Virus record (IMG/VR): IMGVR_UViG_3300005323_000002
Span: 2,242-66,241 of that record
Source: a virus
Length of the DNA stretch: 64,000 nucleotides
Strand: one strand, 5' to 3'
Below the pieces are notes generated by a model. The model saw only the letters and a list, made by a program, of their open reading frames with translations. It did no database searches and was not told where the DNA came from. Below, one piece after another: positions 28,534 through 38,084 of the stretch (positions within the stretch are counted from its first letter, which is position 1; each line of letters begins with the position of its first letter). The position numbers were made by a program, and so were the translations under genes.

Positions 28534-28860
28534 ATGGATATCGATATTGAACAGCTTATATCACTTCTGGTCGCTATATCTGGCATAGCAGCCGCGATTT
28601 TTACCGGCAAGCGATACCTGACGATCAAGGCGCAGCTTCTTGAGACCATCGGGGATATCGCAGACTTCCTGGCTCTGGTCTATGCAGCCTCGAAAAACGG
28701 CACATGCAACGATCCAGAGACTCTGAAGATGATTATCTCCAAGACGGAAGAGATCTGGACTGATTTACAGGCACTGGGACCTGCGGTAGAGGCCATACTG
28801 GCCCAGAAATCCAGCCTCGCTGATGCAATCGGGCAGGCAACGAAGAAGGAGGGGAGTTAA
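28534..28860 (+). CDS. Membrane protein, holin-like
   Basis: N-terminal TM (LISLLVAISGIAAAIF) followed by basic residues. Confidence 0.55.
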   Translation: MDIDIEQLISLLVAISGIAAAIFTGKRYLTIKAQLLETIGDIADFLALVYAASKNGTCNDPETLKMIISKTEEIWTDLQALGPAVEAILAQKSSLADAIGQATKKEGS

Positions 28861-29154
28861 TTGAATCTCGATTATCTGTTCTTCTGCGTCGCCTTGAGCA
28901 TCATATCCCTGGTCGCGTGGGTCGGGTGGCGGAACTCGCTGCACTACGGCCAAGAAGCCGCCGAGATTGGCGGGATGCTCATGAACGTAAAATGCGACAT
29001 CGAGGGCGATGATGAAGCATATGCACGGATCTTAAAGCTTTCAGTCGAAGAGTACAAAACTGAACGCGCAAAAGGGCGTGTGCTATACCTCGCTGGCATG
29101 AGGGTTCAAGGGATCTCAGAAGGTTTACGATCACCGTTCCGTTTCTGGAGGTGA
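28861..29154 (+). CDS. Membrane protein
   Basis: N-terminal TM helix. Confidence 0.6.
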   Translation: MNLDYLFFCVALSIISLVAWVGWRNSLHYGQEAAEIGGMLMNVKCDIEGDDEAYARILKLSVEEYKTERAKGRVLYLAGMRVQGISEGLRSPFRFWR

Positions 29155-29158
29155 AGGC

Positions 29159-29902
29159 TTGACCGCCTCGCCGGTAAACATATTTAGATTCTGCTTCTTT
29201 CTTTCTCTTTCGCTTGCTGCTGTTTATCTTGCGTTGTTCATCCTCTCTTTAGGCGGGACGCCTGGCGAGGCCAATTCCCTTGATACCTCTCTCTCAGGAA
29301 CCGGGACGGCAGATCTCCGGCACGACACTGAACGCAGCTCCGACCGGGCAATGGCTGAGGGGGCCGCTATCATGTACGACTATTCCCGAAAATGGGGCGT
29401 CGAAGCAGAAACCGCAACTAGCAGCTTTATAGTGTCTGGTGGCACGGGCGGCTACAAGACTCAGTATGCTGTGAAGGGATCGGGGGCTGGTCATAAGGTC
29501 GATTACCGGGCCACCAAGATCTCAGGAGATGCCTCCTTTGCCTCAGAGATCACCCTCACAGGAAACGAGGCGGGTGGAGAGAACTTTGACTCCGTGATAG
29601 AATTCGATACCCTCTCAGGAAATGCGACCATCCGGGGCCGAGTCTATAACCAAACGGCAGGAAGGCCCGCAACTGTTGAGGAGCTGGACGCTGTCGGAAA
29701 GTATCTGCTGCAGACTCACTTAAACGTCAGTTCTACGCCCATCACGCCTGACAACTGGTTAGGGTTCTGCGGGGAGCTGGATCGAGACATGATCCTCGAC
29801 GCCAGCACCAAAGGCATCTACGTAGCTCCCACGAACGACAGCACGTACAACTATGTCTGGACTGGGGAGAAGGTAGCTCGGCAGCTCAACACCACGAGGT
29901 GA
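29159..29902 (+). CDS. Membrane-anchored or secreted beta-rich protein
   Basis: Hydrophobic N-terminus, Ser/Thr/Gly-rich body. Confidence 0.65.
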   Translation: MTASPVNIFRFCFFLSLSLAAVYLALFILSLGGTPGEANSLDTSLSGTGTADLRHDTERSSDRAMAEGAAIMYDYSRKWGVEAETATSSFIVSGGTGGYKTQYAVKGSGAGHKVDYRATKISGDASFASEITLTGNEAGGENFDSVIEFDTLSGNATIRGRVYNQTAGRPATVEELDAVGKYLLQTHLNVSSTPITPDNWLGFCGELDRDMILDASTKGIYVAPTNDSTYNYVWTGEKVARQLNTTR

Positions 29903-30165
29903 CAATGACCAAAACCGAACTTCTGGGGGTTGTCGGGCTGCTGGTGACCATCATTGCAGGGTCACTGGCAATTTATGATCATTTTTCTGAGGATGACAAC
30001 ACCCAGATAGTTGCACCAGCCCCGATGCCACCCAACGAAACTAAAATTGTGATCTTGGCCCGGACGACTTTCAATGATAGCGGCCAGATGTATCTCGTAG
30101 ATTTTGATGGAAATGTTCTCAAAATGAACAGCTCGATGGTTGTGGCCTTGGACACCACGGGGTGA
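29899..30165 (+). CDS. Small membrane protein
   Basis: N-terminal TM helix. Confidence 0.55.
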   Translation: MTMTKTELLGVVGLLVTIIAGSLAIYDHFSEDDNTQIVAPAPMPPNETKIVILARTTFNDSGQMYLVDFDGNVLKMNSSMVVALDTTG

Positions 30166-30444
30166 GAATGACGGGGCGATTCCGGCGCGAGATCAGCGAA
30201 AAACGCATGGAGCGCATAGCACGGGAGGTCGAAGCATACCCTGCCGTGCCCGATTGTCCGCAATCAAGCATCTGGTTGTGGCTCATCCAGAAGATCACGA
30301 GCCGGCTCTATTGGCCGAGGTAATCATGGATTCTTGGACATTCACTGCAAACGGGTGGGTGCGTCCCACTTCAGAGAGGGACTCTTCCAACGAGTCCCCT
30401 CAGAAAGCAAGGAAAAAATCACGCAGAAAGAAGCGGAGTGAAGC

Positions 30445-31977
30445 ATGAGCGATGTTGATTTTCTGTCGCCGCGTCAGAATCAATGCATCCTGGTCACGCA
30501 CATAGAAGCAATTTCCAGGGCAAGCAAAGAGACTGGCATCATCGACGGCAACCGCGTTATCCCCTCAGATCCGGCCAGTATGACTGTGGTGGTGCAGGAA
30601 GGCCGGATAAAAATCGCAGGTGCCCCAATAGACGCAGCCGAGAACTCTGTTGAGCTAAATTCTGCCCACGCTACGCTGCCGAGGATTGACATCGTCTACA
30701 GAGACGTGGCAGGCGATGTAGCCGTATTGGCTGGAACCCCTGCCGCCGTCGAGGACCCCAAAGGACTTGCGGACTGGAAAAGCTACACCTCGCCCGTGCC
30801 ACCTGCAGACGTTCCGGCAGGCGCTATCATCGGGGCGATCTATGTCCCTGCCGCTTGCTCAGCCATCACAGCTTCTTATATCTGGATGTTTGCCGGAGGT
30901 GTCGGAGATATTGCCACGGTGGTTGCCGATCCGGGCGTTGACTCTCGGCCCGCAACTGAAAAGGCCGTCAGAGACGCGATCGACACCTGCGCACCTGCTG
31001 CGCAGGGCGTCACCAATGGCAATACACATGATCATTATGGTGGTGATGGCGGCCAGATCAGCCATATTCGCCTGAGCAACATCGGCACAAACAGCCATAC
31101 GGCAATCGATTCGCATATCGCAAGCACCAGCAACCCGCACGGGGCCACGGCTGCCCAGGTAGGAGCAGACATCACCACAGGCACCACCCATGCAGCCGCG
31201 AGCAAGGCCACTCCAGTAGATGCTGACGAGATAGGGATACTCGACAGTGCTGCGTCCAATGTACTGAAAAAGCTCACATGGGCGAACCTGAAAGCAACTC
31301 TTCTCGCCACGCTTCACAGTGCGACCTCCAAGGCGACGCCCGTAGACGCTGATGAGCTTCAGATCCTCGACAGCGCCGCAAGCTACGGCCAAAAGAAACT
31401 CACATGGGCGAACCTAAAGGCCGCAGGCAAGACTTATTACGACACAGTCTACGCAGCCCTCAGTCATGCATCCCGGCACCAGTCAGGCGGGGCAGATGCC
31501 ATCAAGCTAGACGATTTGTCGGCACCTGACGATAACACCGCCCTGGATGCCAGCACCAGCAAACATGGCCTGATGCCAAAGTTTCCAGGAGGGGCAGTAA
31601 GGCTTACAGGAGATAAGACCTGGGATACACCCACGTTCGGTGCAGATCTTCCCTTTGGCGACGGGGTAAGCGTAATCGAGGGTTCTGCTCAGGCGATCAG
31701 AATCCCTATTGCGGCCAATATTGTTGCAGCCAGAATACGTAGCTTTGATGCCACCGGCGCAAAAGTGTCTGGTTCAATCACATGCGCCCTGTACATGCAT
31801 TATCTTGGCAGTGTTCTGGGGAGTGTGGTCGATACATTTGTACTGTCCAGTGCGGAATACTATGAAGAAACAGGCCTCAACGTAGCCGTTCCCGCGGGGC
31901 GGTGGTTGACAATTGTAGTTTCTGGCATAACATCTTGCAAGCAGATTGTCTGTAGTCTGGAGCTCGAAGGCACATGA
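30445..31977 (+). CDS. Tail fibre protein
   Basis: PRIDIV baseplate-anchor-like N-terminus; His-containing shaft motifs (HIASTSNPH); SKATPVDADE..LDSAAS..KKLTWANLKA twice. Confidence 0.75.
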   Translation: MSDVDFLSPRQNQCILVTHIEAISRASKETGIIDGNRVIPSDPASMTVVVQEGRIKIAGAPIDAAENSVELNSAHATLPRIDIVYRDVAGDVAVLAGTPAAVEDPKGLADWKSYTSPVPPADVPAGAIIGAIYVPAACSAITASYIWMFAGGVGDIATVVADPGVDSRPATEKAVRDAIDTCAPAAQGVTNGNTHDHYGGDGGQISHIRLSNIGTNSHTAIDSHIASTSNPHGATAAQVGADITTGTTHAAASKATPVDADEIGILDSAASNVLKKLTWANLKATLLATLHSATSKATPVDADELQILDSAASYGQKKLTWANLKAAGKTYYDTVYAALSHASRHQSGGADAIKLDDLSAPDDNTALDASTSKHGLMPKFPGGAVRLTGDKTWDTPTFGADLPFGDGVSVIEGSAQAIRIPIAANIVAARIRSFDATGAKVSGSITCALYMHYLGSVLGSVVDTFVLSSAEYYEETGLNVAVPAGRWLTIVVSGITSCKQIVCSLELEGT

Positions 31978-32519
31978 GTAAGACTGTAATCCTGCGTCCC
32001 ACTGGCCAGGGGGCCATAAACAACGTCCAGTATGGCACAACCTATTGTGCCAACTGGGCCACCGCCTGGGAGCAGATCTGTGAGGAGGTCTGCGACGACG
32101 ATACTTATTTCAGTGTCGGCCCACAGGGCGGAACCGCTCAGTGGGGTGAGAAGTCATTCATCCTTTCAAATCCCTCGTTGCGAGGGGCGATACAGAACGT
32201 CTCGGTACTGGCTAGGTGTGCCGGTCATGCCTCTTACGCGAACACCGCAAAGACGTTGATTTACATTGGCGGAACCAAGTATTATGGTGATCTAGTCTAC
32301 TTGAATTCAGATTCAAGTTTCCATGATCTGATCACATCATACGGTCTCAATCCGGCTACAGGATTACCCTGGACGTGGGACGACGTGAGATCTCTGGAAG
32401 CAGGGGCGTACATGACCAGCACAAATACCACTGACGCGAAGTGCTCATGGGGGTATGCAGTAGTGACCTTTGTGCCAGCGTCGCCTGCTCGTCCTCAGAT
32501 CATTGGCCTGCCGTGGTGA
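31974..32519 (+). CDS. Fibre-associated / receptor-binding protein
   Basis: ILRPTG start and NPATGLPWTWDDV..LEAG motif; coupled to the fibre gene. Confidence 0.55.
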   Translation: MSKTVILRPTGQGAINNVQYGTTYCANWATAWEQICEEVCDDDTYFSVGPQGGTAQWGEKSFILSNPSLRGAIQNVSVLARCAGHASYANTAKTLIYIGGTKYYGDLVYLNSDSSFHDLITSYGLNPATGLPWTWDDVRSLEAGAYMTSTNTTDAKCSWGYAVVTFVPASPARPQIIGLPW

Positions 32520-32525
32520 TCTCGC

Positions 32526-32888
32526 ATGATTGATTTTACGCCCGAGCTGGAAACAGCCGGGCAGAAGTTTAAGACGGCCATCGAGGCCCGCATAGACTCC
32601 GGTGTACCTCCTCCGAATGCCCCGGCAACTATCATGAAAAAGGGTCATGATCTCACTCTAAGAGATACATGGGCCTATCGAGAGAGCATCGAGGTCCGTG
32701 CATCTCCGGACGGAGCTGAGATTGGCGTTTTCGACCCCAAAATCGGGGAATATGTCCATTGGAATGAGCACGGCACCAAGAGGATTCCGCCGCGGCCTGT
32801 TTTCGGTCCTGTCGCAGACGGGCCGGGTGAGCAGATTTTAGACGAACTTGAAGAAGCGATAGCAGACAAGATTATCGATAATTTTTGA
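32526..32888 (+). CDS. Tail completion / neck protein (HK97 gp10, Mu gpG-like)
   Basis: PPNAPATI.KKG..LRDT...NEHGTKRIPPRPVF. Confidence 0.8.
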   Translation: MIDFTPELETAGQKFKTAIEARIDSGVPPPNAPATIMKKGHDLTLRDTWAYRESIEVRASPDGAEIGVFDPKIGEYVHWNEHGTKRIPPRPVFGPVADGPGEQILDELEEAIADKIIDNF

Positions 32889-32898
32889 GGTGACTTTT

Positions 32899-33495
32899 AT
32901 GGCAGCAATTGTTCAGATCATAGGATACTATGGGCCAGCTCCGGGCACCAAGACCGCCCTGACGACCCAGCGGTACAATACCGTAATCCCTAGCCAGAGG
33001 GATCCCGGATTAGCGTATCCCAATAACGTCCCTCCGGACGGGGAGACATACAGATCGTGCTGGATGTACACTGGCGCAGAGATCACGGGCGGCTCGTACA
33101 GCCAGCTCTCAAACTGGCGGTGGGGCACACCCGGCACAATCAAATCTGATTGGGGGCTTGGCTCCGGCAGAGTACAGGTGGCCCTCAAGGACACTGGAGA
33201 CCATGGATGCCCTGTGGCAAACTACGAAGCGCCAACAGGCGTGGCAGGCAGCTACGGATATGACATTAAGGATGCCACTTATGGTCTGAGCTACTACAAA
33301 GGAGAGACTGTGGCCTGTGCGGATGCTGACCTATACACAACAACCAACCCGCTTGTATTCGACACCACAGTCTACACTCCCAAGAGTGCCCTGCTCGTGA
33401 CAAAGCTGGTAACATCTCAGCTCGTGCTGGAGGATGATACTGAATTTGGAGAAAAGGCTGAGCTCTCCAACTTCATTCGTTGGCAGGAGATCTGA
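32899..33495 (+). CDS. Structural protein, unknown function
   Basis: SD GAGGTGA; within the tail operon. Confidence 0.6.
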   Translation: MAAIVQIIGYYGPAPGTKTALTTQRYNTVIPSQRDPGLAYPNNVPPDGETYRSCWMYTGAEITGGSYSQLSNWRWGTPGTIKSDWGLGSGRVQVALKDTGDHGCPVANYEAPTGVAGSYGYDIKDATYGLSYYKGETVACADADLYTTTNPLVFDTTVYTPKSALLVTKLVTSQLVLEDDTEFGEKAELSNFIRWQEI

Positions 33496-34067
33496 TGCCA
33501 CAGATAGGCCCGGATCTCTGGAAGTCTGCCAACTCTTTTTTCTGGTATCGAGAATACCGGGATGGCAGGATTGAGCGAGAGTTCGACCTGCTCACCGGTC
33601 GGATCAATCTTTGGGGTAGCAAGACACCGGAAGGCCTGAAGGCGGTCGGATGGCTACCCGTGAGCCTCGACCTCGCGCAGAAGATGAGGGCTCATGGAGA
33701 GTTTGGCATTCCAACGGCGAGCCCAGCAATCTTTACTCGCGTAAAACAAGGCGAGGTGCCTATCATTCACAAGGAGGTCACGGTATATCAGGGTCAGAGG
33801 GTGCACTGCAAGGCATGTGATGCAGTCTTCCGGTCCGAGTCACACCCGACAACCTGTCCGGTTTGTGGCGCGGCTGTATCATGGAAGTGCCCCAAGTGCG
33901 GAAAGCTGCTTGAAACAGACACATGCGCCGATTGCAATCGGCCAGGCAGACCAATAGATCCTTTCGAGACGACTCCGGACAAATGGGATGAAGTCGAGTA
34001 CTTCGTAGGCATCCAAGGCAAGTTCGTCAACAGGTTCACGGTCAGCAGATTGATTACAGAGCATTAG
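33495..34067 (+). CDS. Double zinc-ribbon protein
   Basis: CKAC, CPVC, CPKC, CADC. Confidence 0.65.
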   Translation: MPQIGPDLWKSANSFFWYREYRDGRIEREFDLLTGRINLWGSKTPEGLKAVGWLPVSLDLAQKMRAHGEFGIPTASPAIFTRVKQGEVPIIHKEVTVYQGQRVHCKACDAVFRSESHPTTCPVCGAAVSWKCPKCGKLLETDTCADCNRPGRPIDPFETTPDKWDEVEYFVGIQGKFVNRFTVSRLITEH

Positions 34068-34078
34068 GACATTTTCCC

Positions 34079-35155
34079 ATGACAGGCTACGGCAGTTCTC
34101 TTTATGGCTCTGACTGGTATCTGGCATCACCATACAGAGTTAAAACAGAGCTATCGGTGGGCATCACGGCCAGGATCGTCAAGCCCATAACGTCAATCCC
34201 GCCCGTCATGGACACAATATCCTACGGGCTCGCTCAGAGGTTCGACTACCTGCAGCAAGGTCTCCAGGCATTCTCGCTGTTCAACAAAATCGAGTACGCG
34301 AGCGGCGAAAGTGACGGATTCCTACCTTCGCTAGATGACGTGTGGGGCAAGATCTACGATTTGCCGAGGCTAACAGGAGAAAGCGACGACGATTACAAGA
34401 TCCGGCTGCAGACCTACGTGAAAGTCCTGACAGGATCGGGCACAGTGCCCAACTGCCAGGAAGTCCTGGACTTCGTGATAGATTCTCCGGGCGGCACAAG
34501 AATATCATCTCTGTGGCCTGCCAGAGTACTCATTGACTTTACGTCAGTCGATGCCATGCGGCTTGCACGGTCCCGGCAGTCTCTATTGAATTCGATGCTA
34601 CCGGGAATGTTTGCTGCAGGGGTTGATTATGAACTTGTCATCCCGTTCCTGGATTGCTACATCAGAGCAGCCATTCTGGGAGATGCTACATTAGATTATG
34701 ATATCCGGGCGGCTGTGGCCACTGAAAAATATCTTTCGTATGGTATCGACGCATTGGTAGCATATGGTCGAGAATTGGTCACCAGCATCTATGCGGCGGT
34801 GGCGACGGACCGGACACTATACAATCCGATCCGGGCAGCGATCTTAGGCGAGAGGGTTCTGGAGCCCGCTATTATGGCAGCAATCCGAGGAGATGTGGAG
34901 CTTCCCGCAACCATCCGGGCGGCTATCATGTTTGAGCGGAGTGCGCCGCATATTTGCCTAGCAGCCATTCAGGGAGAGCCGGAGTTACCATGTGTCTGCC
35001 TGGCGGCGGTTGCTCGGACGTTTGATCTGCAGTGCGGGATACTGGCCAGGATCGTACATATGTACGAAATGTCCTGCAAGATTGTGGCTGCGGTGAGGAC
35101 TAAGAGAGAGTTGTCTGTGGGCATCAAGGCCAGGATTGCCAGGAGGCTGGAATGA
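34079..35155 (+). CDS. Baseplate wedge subunit (P2 gpI-like N-terminus) with C-terminal repeats
   Basis: LDDVWGKIYDLPRLTGESDDDYKIRL...GT; C-terminal 14-aa I.AA(I/V) repeats. Confidence 0.7.
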   Translation: MTGYGSSLYGSDWYLASPYRVKTELSVGITARIVKPITSIPPVMDTISYGLAQRFDYLQQGLQAFSLFNKIEYASGESDGFLPSLDDVWGKIYDLPRLTGESDDDYKIRLQTYVKVLTGSGTVPNCQEVLDFVIDSPGGTRISSLWPARVLIDFTSVDAMRLARSRQSLLNSMLPGMFAAGVDYELVIPFLDCYIRAAILGDATLDYDIRAAVATEKYLSYGIDALVAYGRELVTSIYAAVATDRTLYNPIRAAILGERVLEPAIMAAIRGDVELPATIRAAIMFERSAPHICLAAIQGEPELPCVCLAAVARTFDLQCGILARIVHMYEMSCKIVAAVRTKRELSVGIKARIARRLE

Positions 35156-36222
35156 GCACAGAACTGCCCACAGTAACCATTGCATCGAGCGACAAGCTCC
35201 TGCAAAAGTTCGTTGAAAGCGACCCAGAATCGCCCTACTATGAGTCCGACCAATGGACGGTTTCGGATCCGGTGCCAGGCGTGCGAATAATCAACACCTG
35301 GCAGATCTACCCCAACATTTGGCTCACCCTCACGGCGACCGAGGATGGACAATATAATATCTATCGGTCGATGGGCATCCAATCACCAGTGCTCGTCCAT
35401 GCACATGATTGCGAGATCTACAATATTTTTTATGTGGACGACGGAGTTGCACTGTTCTCAGCCGAGGACGGCTGGTGGGCGTCGGTGAATACCGGCGCTG
35501 AATGGGTCGCACTATGGCATGGGATGAGCTTTCCCAAGGCCAATGCACTTGCCAAGGTGGACTTGGGTGGTATAGGCACCTGGGCTCTTCTGGCCTATGC
35601 AGAAGATCATAAAATTTACTACTGCGAATACAGTGCAGCAGGATTTCCAACTGGCACAGTTCCTGAATTCGATTCCTGGGGAGATGTCCCGATAACATCA
35701 GCGGAACCGGACTCTGACATCGTGGTGCCAGAATACGAGTATTGGGCAGATGTGCCCGCGTTCGCAGATATCTCTACTGGAATCGAGTGGCTGGAGGTGT
35801 ATTCTTGCGATGATGGGGGCGCACCACCAACGGAGAAGTGGTATCCTGCGATTGCAGGTGGCCCGGCTGGCGTCCTGGCCGGAGCGGGCGGAAAATTGCT
35901 CAGAACTACTGATTTGGGTAGCTCTTGGCAAGTTGTTCAGGAGATCTCTGGGACCATTAAGAGCATCGTGATCTCAAACCAATCTCGCCTGCCAACATTC
36001 CTTATTACGGTCGAATCGCTTACAGGAGAATCTGATAATCTATTCTGGACTTATGACTTAGGGGACTCTCTCGTCCCCGAGCTAAGCCGGGTGGGCTCGA
36101 TCGCCTCGGTGCAGTCAGTTACCCCCACAGGGACGAATGAACAGCAGACCTCCTTCATTGTGCTGGGAAAAAGGACTGCAGACGGGCAGCAGAGCTATAA
36201 GATCATTGGAGGCGGCGCATGA
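35152..36222 (+). CDS. Beta-propeller protein with Asp-box-like repeats
   Basis: SVNTGAEW, RTTDLGSSW, TYDLGDSL. Confidence 0.6.
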   Translation: MSTELPTVTIASSDKLLQKFVESDPESPYYESDQWTVSDPVPGVRIINTWQIYPNIWLTLTATEDGQYNIYRSMGIQSPVLVHAHDCEIYNIFYVDDGVALFSAEDGWWASVNTGAEWVALWHGMSFPKANALAKVDLGGIGTWALLAYAEDHKIYYCEYSAAGFPTGTVPEFDSWGDVPITSAEPDSDIVVPEYEYWADVPAFADISTGIEWLEVYSCDDGGAPPTEKWYPAIAGGPAGVLAGAGGKLLRTTDLGSSWQVVQEISGTIKSIVISNQSRLPTFLITVESLTGESDNLFWTYDLGDSLVPELSRVGSIASVQSVTPTGTNEQQTSFIVLGKRTADGQQSYKIIGGGA

Positions 36223-37070
36223 CGCTATGGTGGCCTAATGCGTTCCCTGCGCAGGCATATAGGTCCTGGTTTTGGGCACTTCGACCAGGGACCAGCGAGA
36301 CAGTCTCGCCCTATACCGAGTGGGCAGCCGGATATTATTGGTTCTACAAAATTCCTGCCGAGAACGGGCACAGAATACAGTTGGCATTCAAGTCTCCTGT
36401 CGATCGCAGGAGCGAAGGATGGGGGCAGAGGCTAGTCAAGGCCAATGTGATCTACATTGTCACATATCCCGGGGATACACCGAATTGGGGCGGCAACAGC
36501 TCTCTGGTCGAGATAGGGCCACCATGTGGGAACTGGTACTCAGACATGTACGAGCTGGTCAGTGCGACCACGCGCGGCCAGACGTTTGGAATCGATGCTG
36601 CCATCCGGGCGAACCGCAGCAAGACTGCCAAGGTAAAAGCCGCCGTCGCAAAGACGGGCAGCCTCAATTACACCGCGAAGGGCGCGATCGCAGGCAATCC
36701 CGAGCTCGAGATCTCCGTTCGATCGGCAATATCGGGAGATGCGGAGAGGACCGTGCCCATGAGGGCTGCCATCCGAGCGGAGAGGGTCTTGGAGCCCGCT
36801 ATCATAGCTGCCGTAGCTCGTGATTTTGATTTGCCAGTAAGAGCAAAGGCGGCGATTAGCGGTGATGCCCAGAAAGAGTGCCGCATCCGGGCAGGCATCA
36901 AAGGCGAGACGCAGAAGACCGTAGGCATAACGGCATTTGTGGTGAAAACCCGTGTGGACAAGATTATGCTCGAAATGGAGAACCTGTGGCCTCAAGAGCT
37001 GGATCTCCGAAGCACTCCGAACTGGGCGTCGAAATTCAAGGACTACCGAAAGAGCGGCCTGGGCGAATGA
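36219..37070 (+). CDS. Tail/baseplate protein with 14-aa repeats
   Basis: Repeated (I/V)(R/K)AA(I/V) units like those in 34079-35155. Confidence 0.65.
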   Translation: MTLWWPNAFPAQAYRSWFWALRPGTSETVSPYTEWAAGYYWFYKIPAENGHRIQLAFKSPVDRRSEGWGQRLVKANVIYIVTYPGDTPNWGGNSSLVEIGPPCGNWYSDMYELVSATTRGQTFGIDAAIRANRSKTAKVKAAVAKTGSLNYTAKGAIAGNPELEISVRSAISGDAERTVPMRAAIRAERVLEPAIIAAVARDFDLPVRAKAAISGDAQKECRIRAGIKGETQKTVGITAFVVKTRVDKIMLEMENLWPQELDLRSTPNWASKFKDYRKSGLGE

Positions 37071-37294
37071 TGTCGCAAAGGCTGTCATTGCAAAACTGAC
37101 GAAAACGTCCTCCGGCCCGGAATATGACGAAGCTGTCCAAGCCGGCACTGCCTATTGGCGGCTGGTCTTATCGGACAAGGACGCCGGAGTGGCCAAGCAA
37201 GCGAATGATGCTGCATTAAGCAGACTGCTAAAATGCTCAGCACGAGTGGATGGCAGAAAATTGACACTGAAAGAACGGATTTTGAAGGCCCTTC

Positions 37295-37906
37295 ATGATT
37301 CCACTACCACCGGCCATTAAGGCTAAGATTCTGGCCTGGCTGCCGCATGTGCTGAATGGCTATGATTATCCTCTGAAGGAAACGGACAATATCGTGCCGG
37401 ATCTCATAGCCCCTGCAATTACTTATTATTTTTCATCAGTCGGCACGCCTTCGCAATTCTCTGCCCAGCCTCTCAGAACCGTCCGGAATATCGTTACCGG
37501 CGAGATGGAGGAGTATTGGGGGCAGTACCACTATGCTACCATGAACGTGGTCCTCCGGGCTAACACAAAAGCCGAGATGGAGGCCATGTGGTATGAGTTC
37601 TATGCCAGGTGTCTCTCCACTCGGAGGGATGCCAAGATCTATCATGATGGCTGGCGGTTCCTGGAGGTTCTCGACTCAAAACCATTAGCTGCTGAGAGGT
37701 TAGACAGTGGAAAGAATCTGTATTGGGCACAGGTGGATCTGCGTTTCGAGTACGAGGTCTCGTCCGTGCCGGATGAGGACTTCATCAAGCGCGTCAATTC
37801 CGAGATGCAGGTCGGAGAATCCGACGAGCACCTCACCTGGATTGCCGAGGTACGAGAGGTCGAACTCGCGGTTGGAATTGTAGCATACATCGCACCCGCA
37901 GCATAA
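37295..37906 (+). CDS. Putative tail terminator
   Basis: PAITY motif; immediately upstream of the sheath region. Confidence 0.55.
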   Translation: MIPLPPAIKAKILAWLPHVLNGYDYPLKETDNIVPDLIAPAITYYFSSVGTPSQFSAQPLRTVRNIVTGEMEEYWGQYHYATMNVVLRANTKAEMEAMWYEFYARCLSTRRDAKIYHDGWRFLEVLDSKPLAAERLDSGKNLYWAQVDLRFEYEVSSVPDEDFIKRVNSEMQVGESDEHLTWIAEVREVELAVGIVAYIAPAA

Positions 37907-37931
37907 CGATTAGTACTATTTTGAGGTGATT

Positions 37932-38084
37932 ATGACAAAGAAGACAATTTTCATGAGGGCAGCGGACGCTCTGCTGCTGCCTAACCCACCCATCACGAAA
38001 GAGCAGTTTCAGAAGTGGGTCAAAGAGTCCGGACTAAAGGAAGCCCGGAACAGGAAAGTTCCAGCCGAGGTCGAGGTGACTTAA
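37932..38084 (+). CDS. Small protein preceding the sheath (50 aa, not in ORF track)
   Basis: SD GAGGTGA, ATG 37932, TAATG coupling to the sheath gene. Confidence 0.5.
   Translation: MTKKTIFMRAADALLLPNPPITKEQFQKWVKESGLKEARNRKVPAEVEVT

Noticed and set aside
36952-37320. ORF bridging 37070-37295
   Set aside because: No clear start outside the upstream gene; a real gene, a frameshift and a remnant cannot be distinguished.
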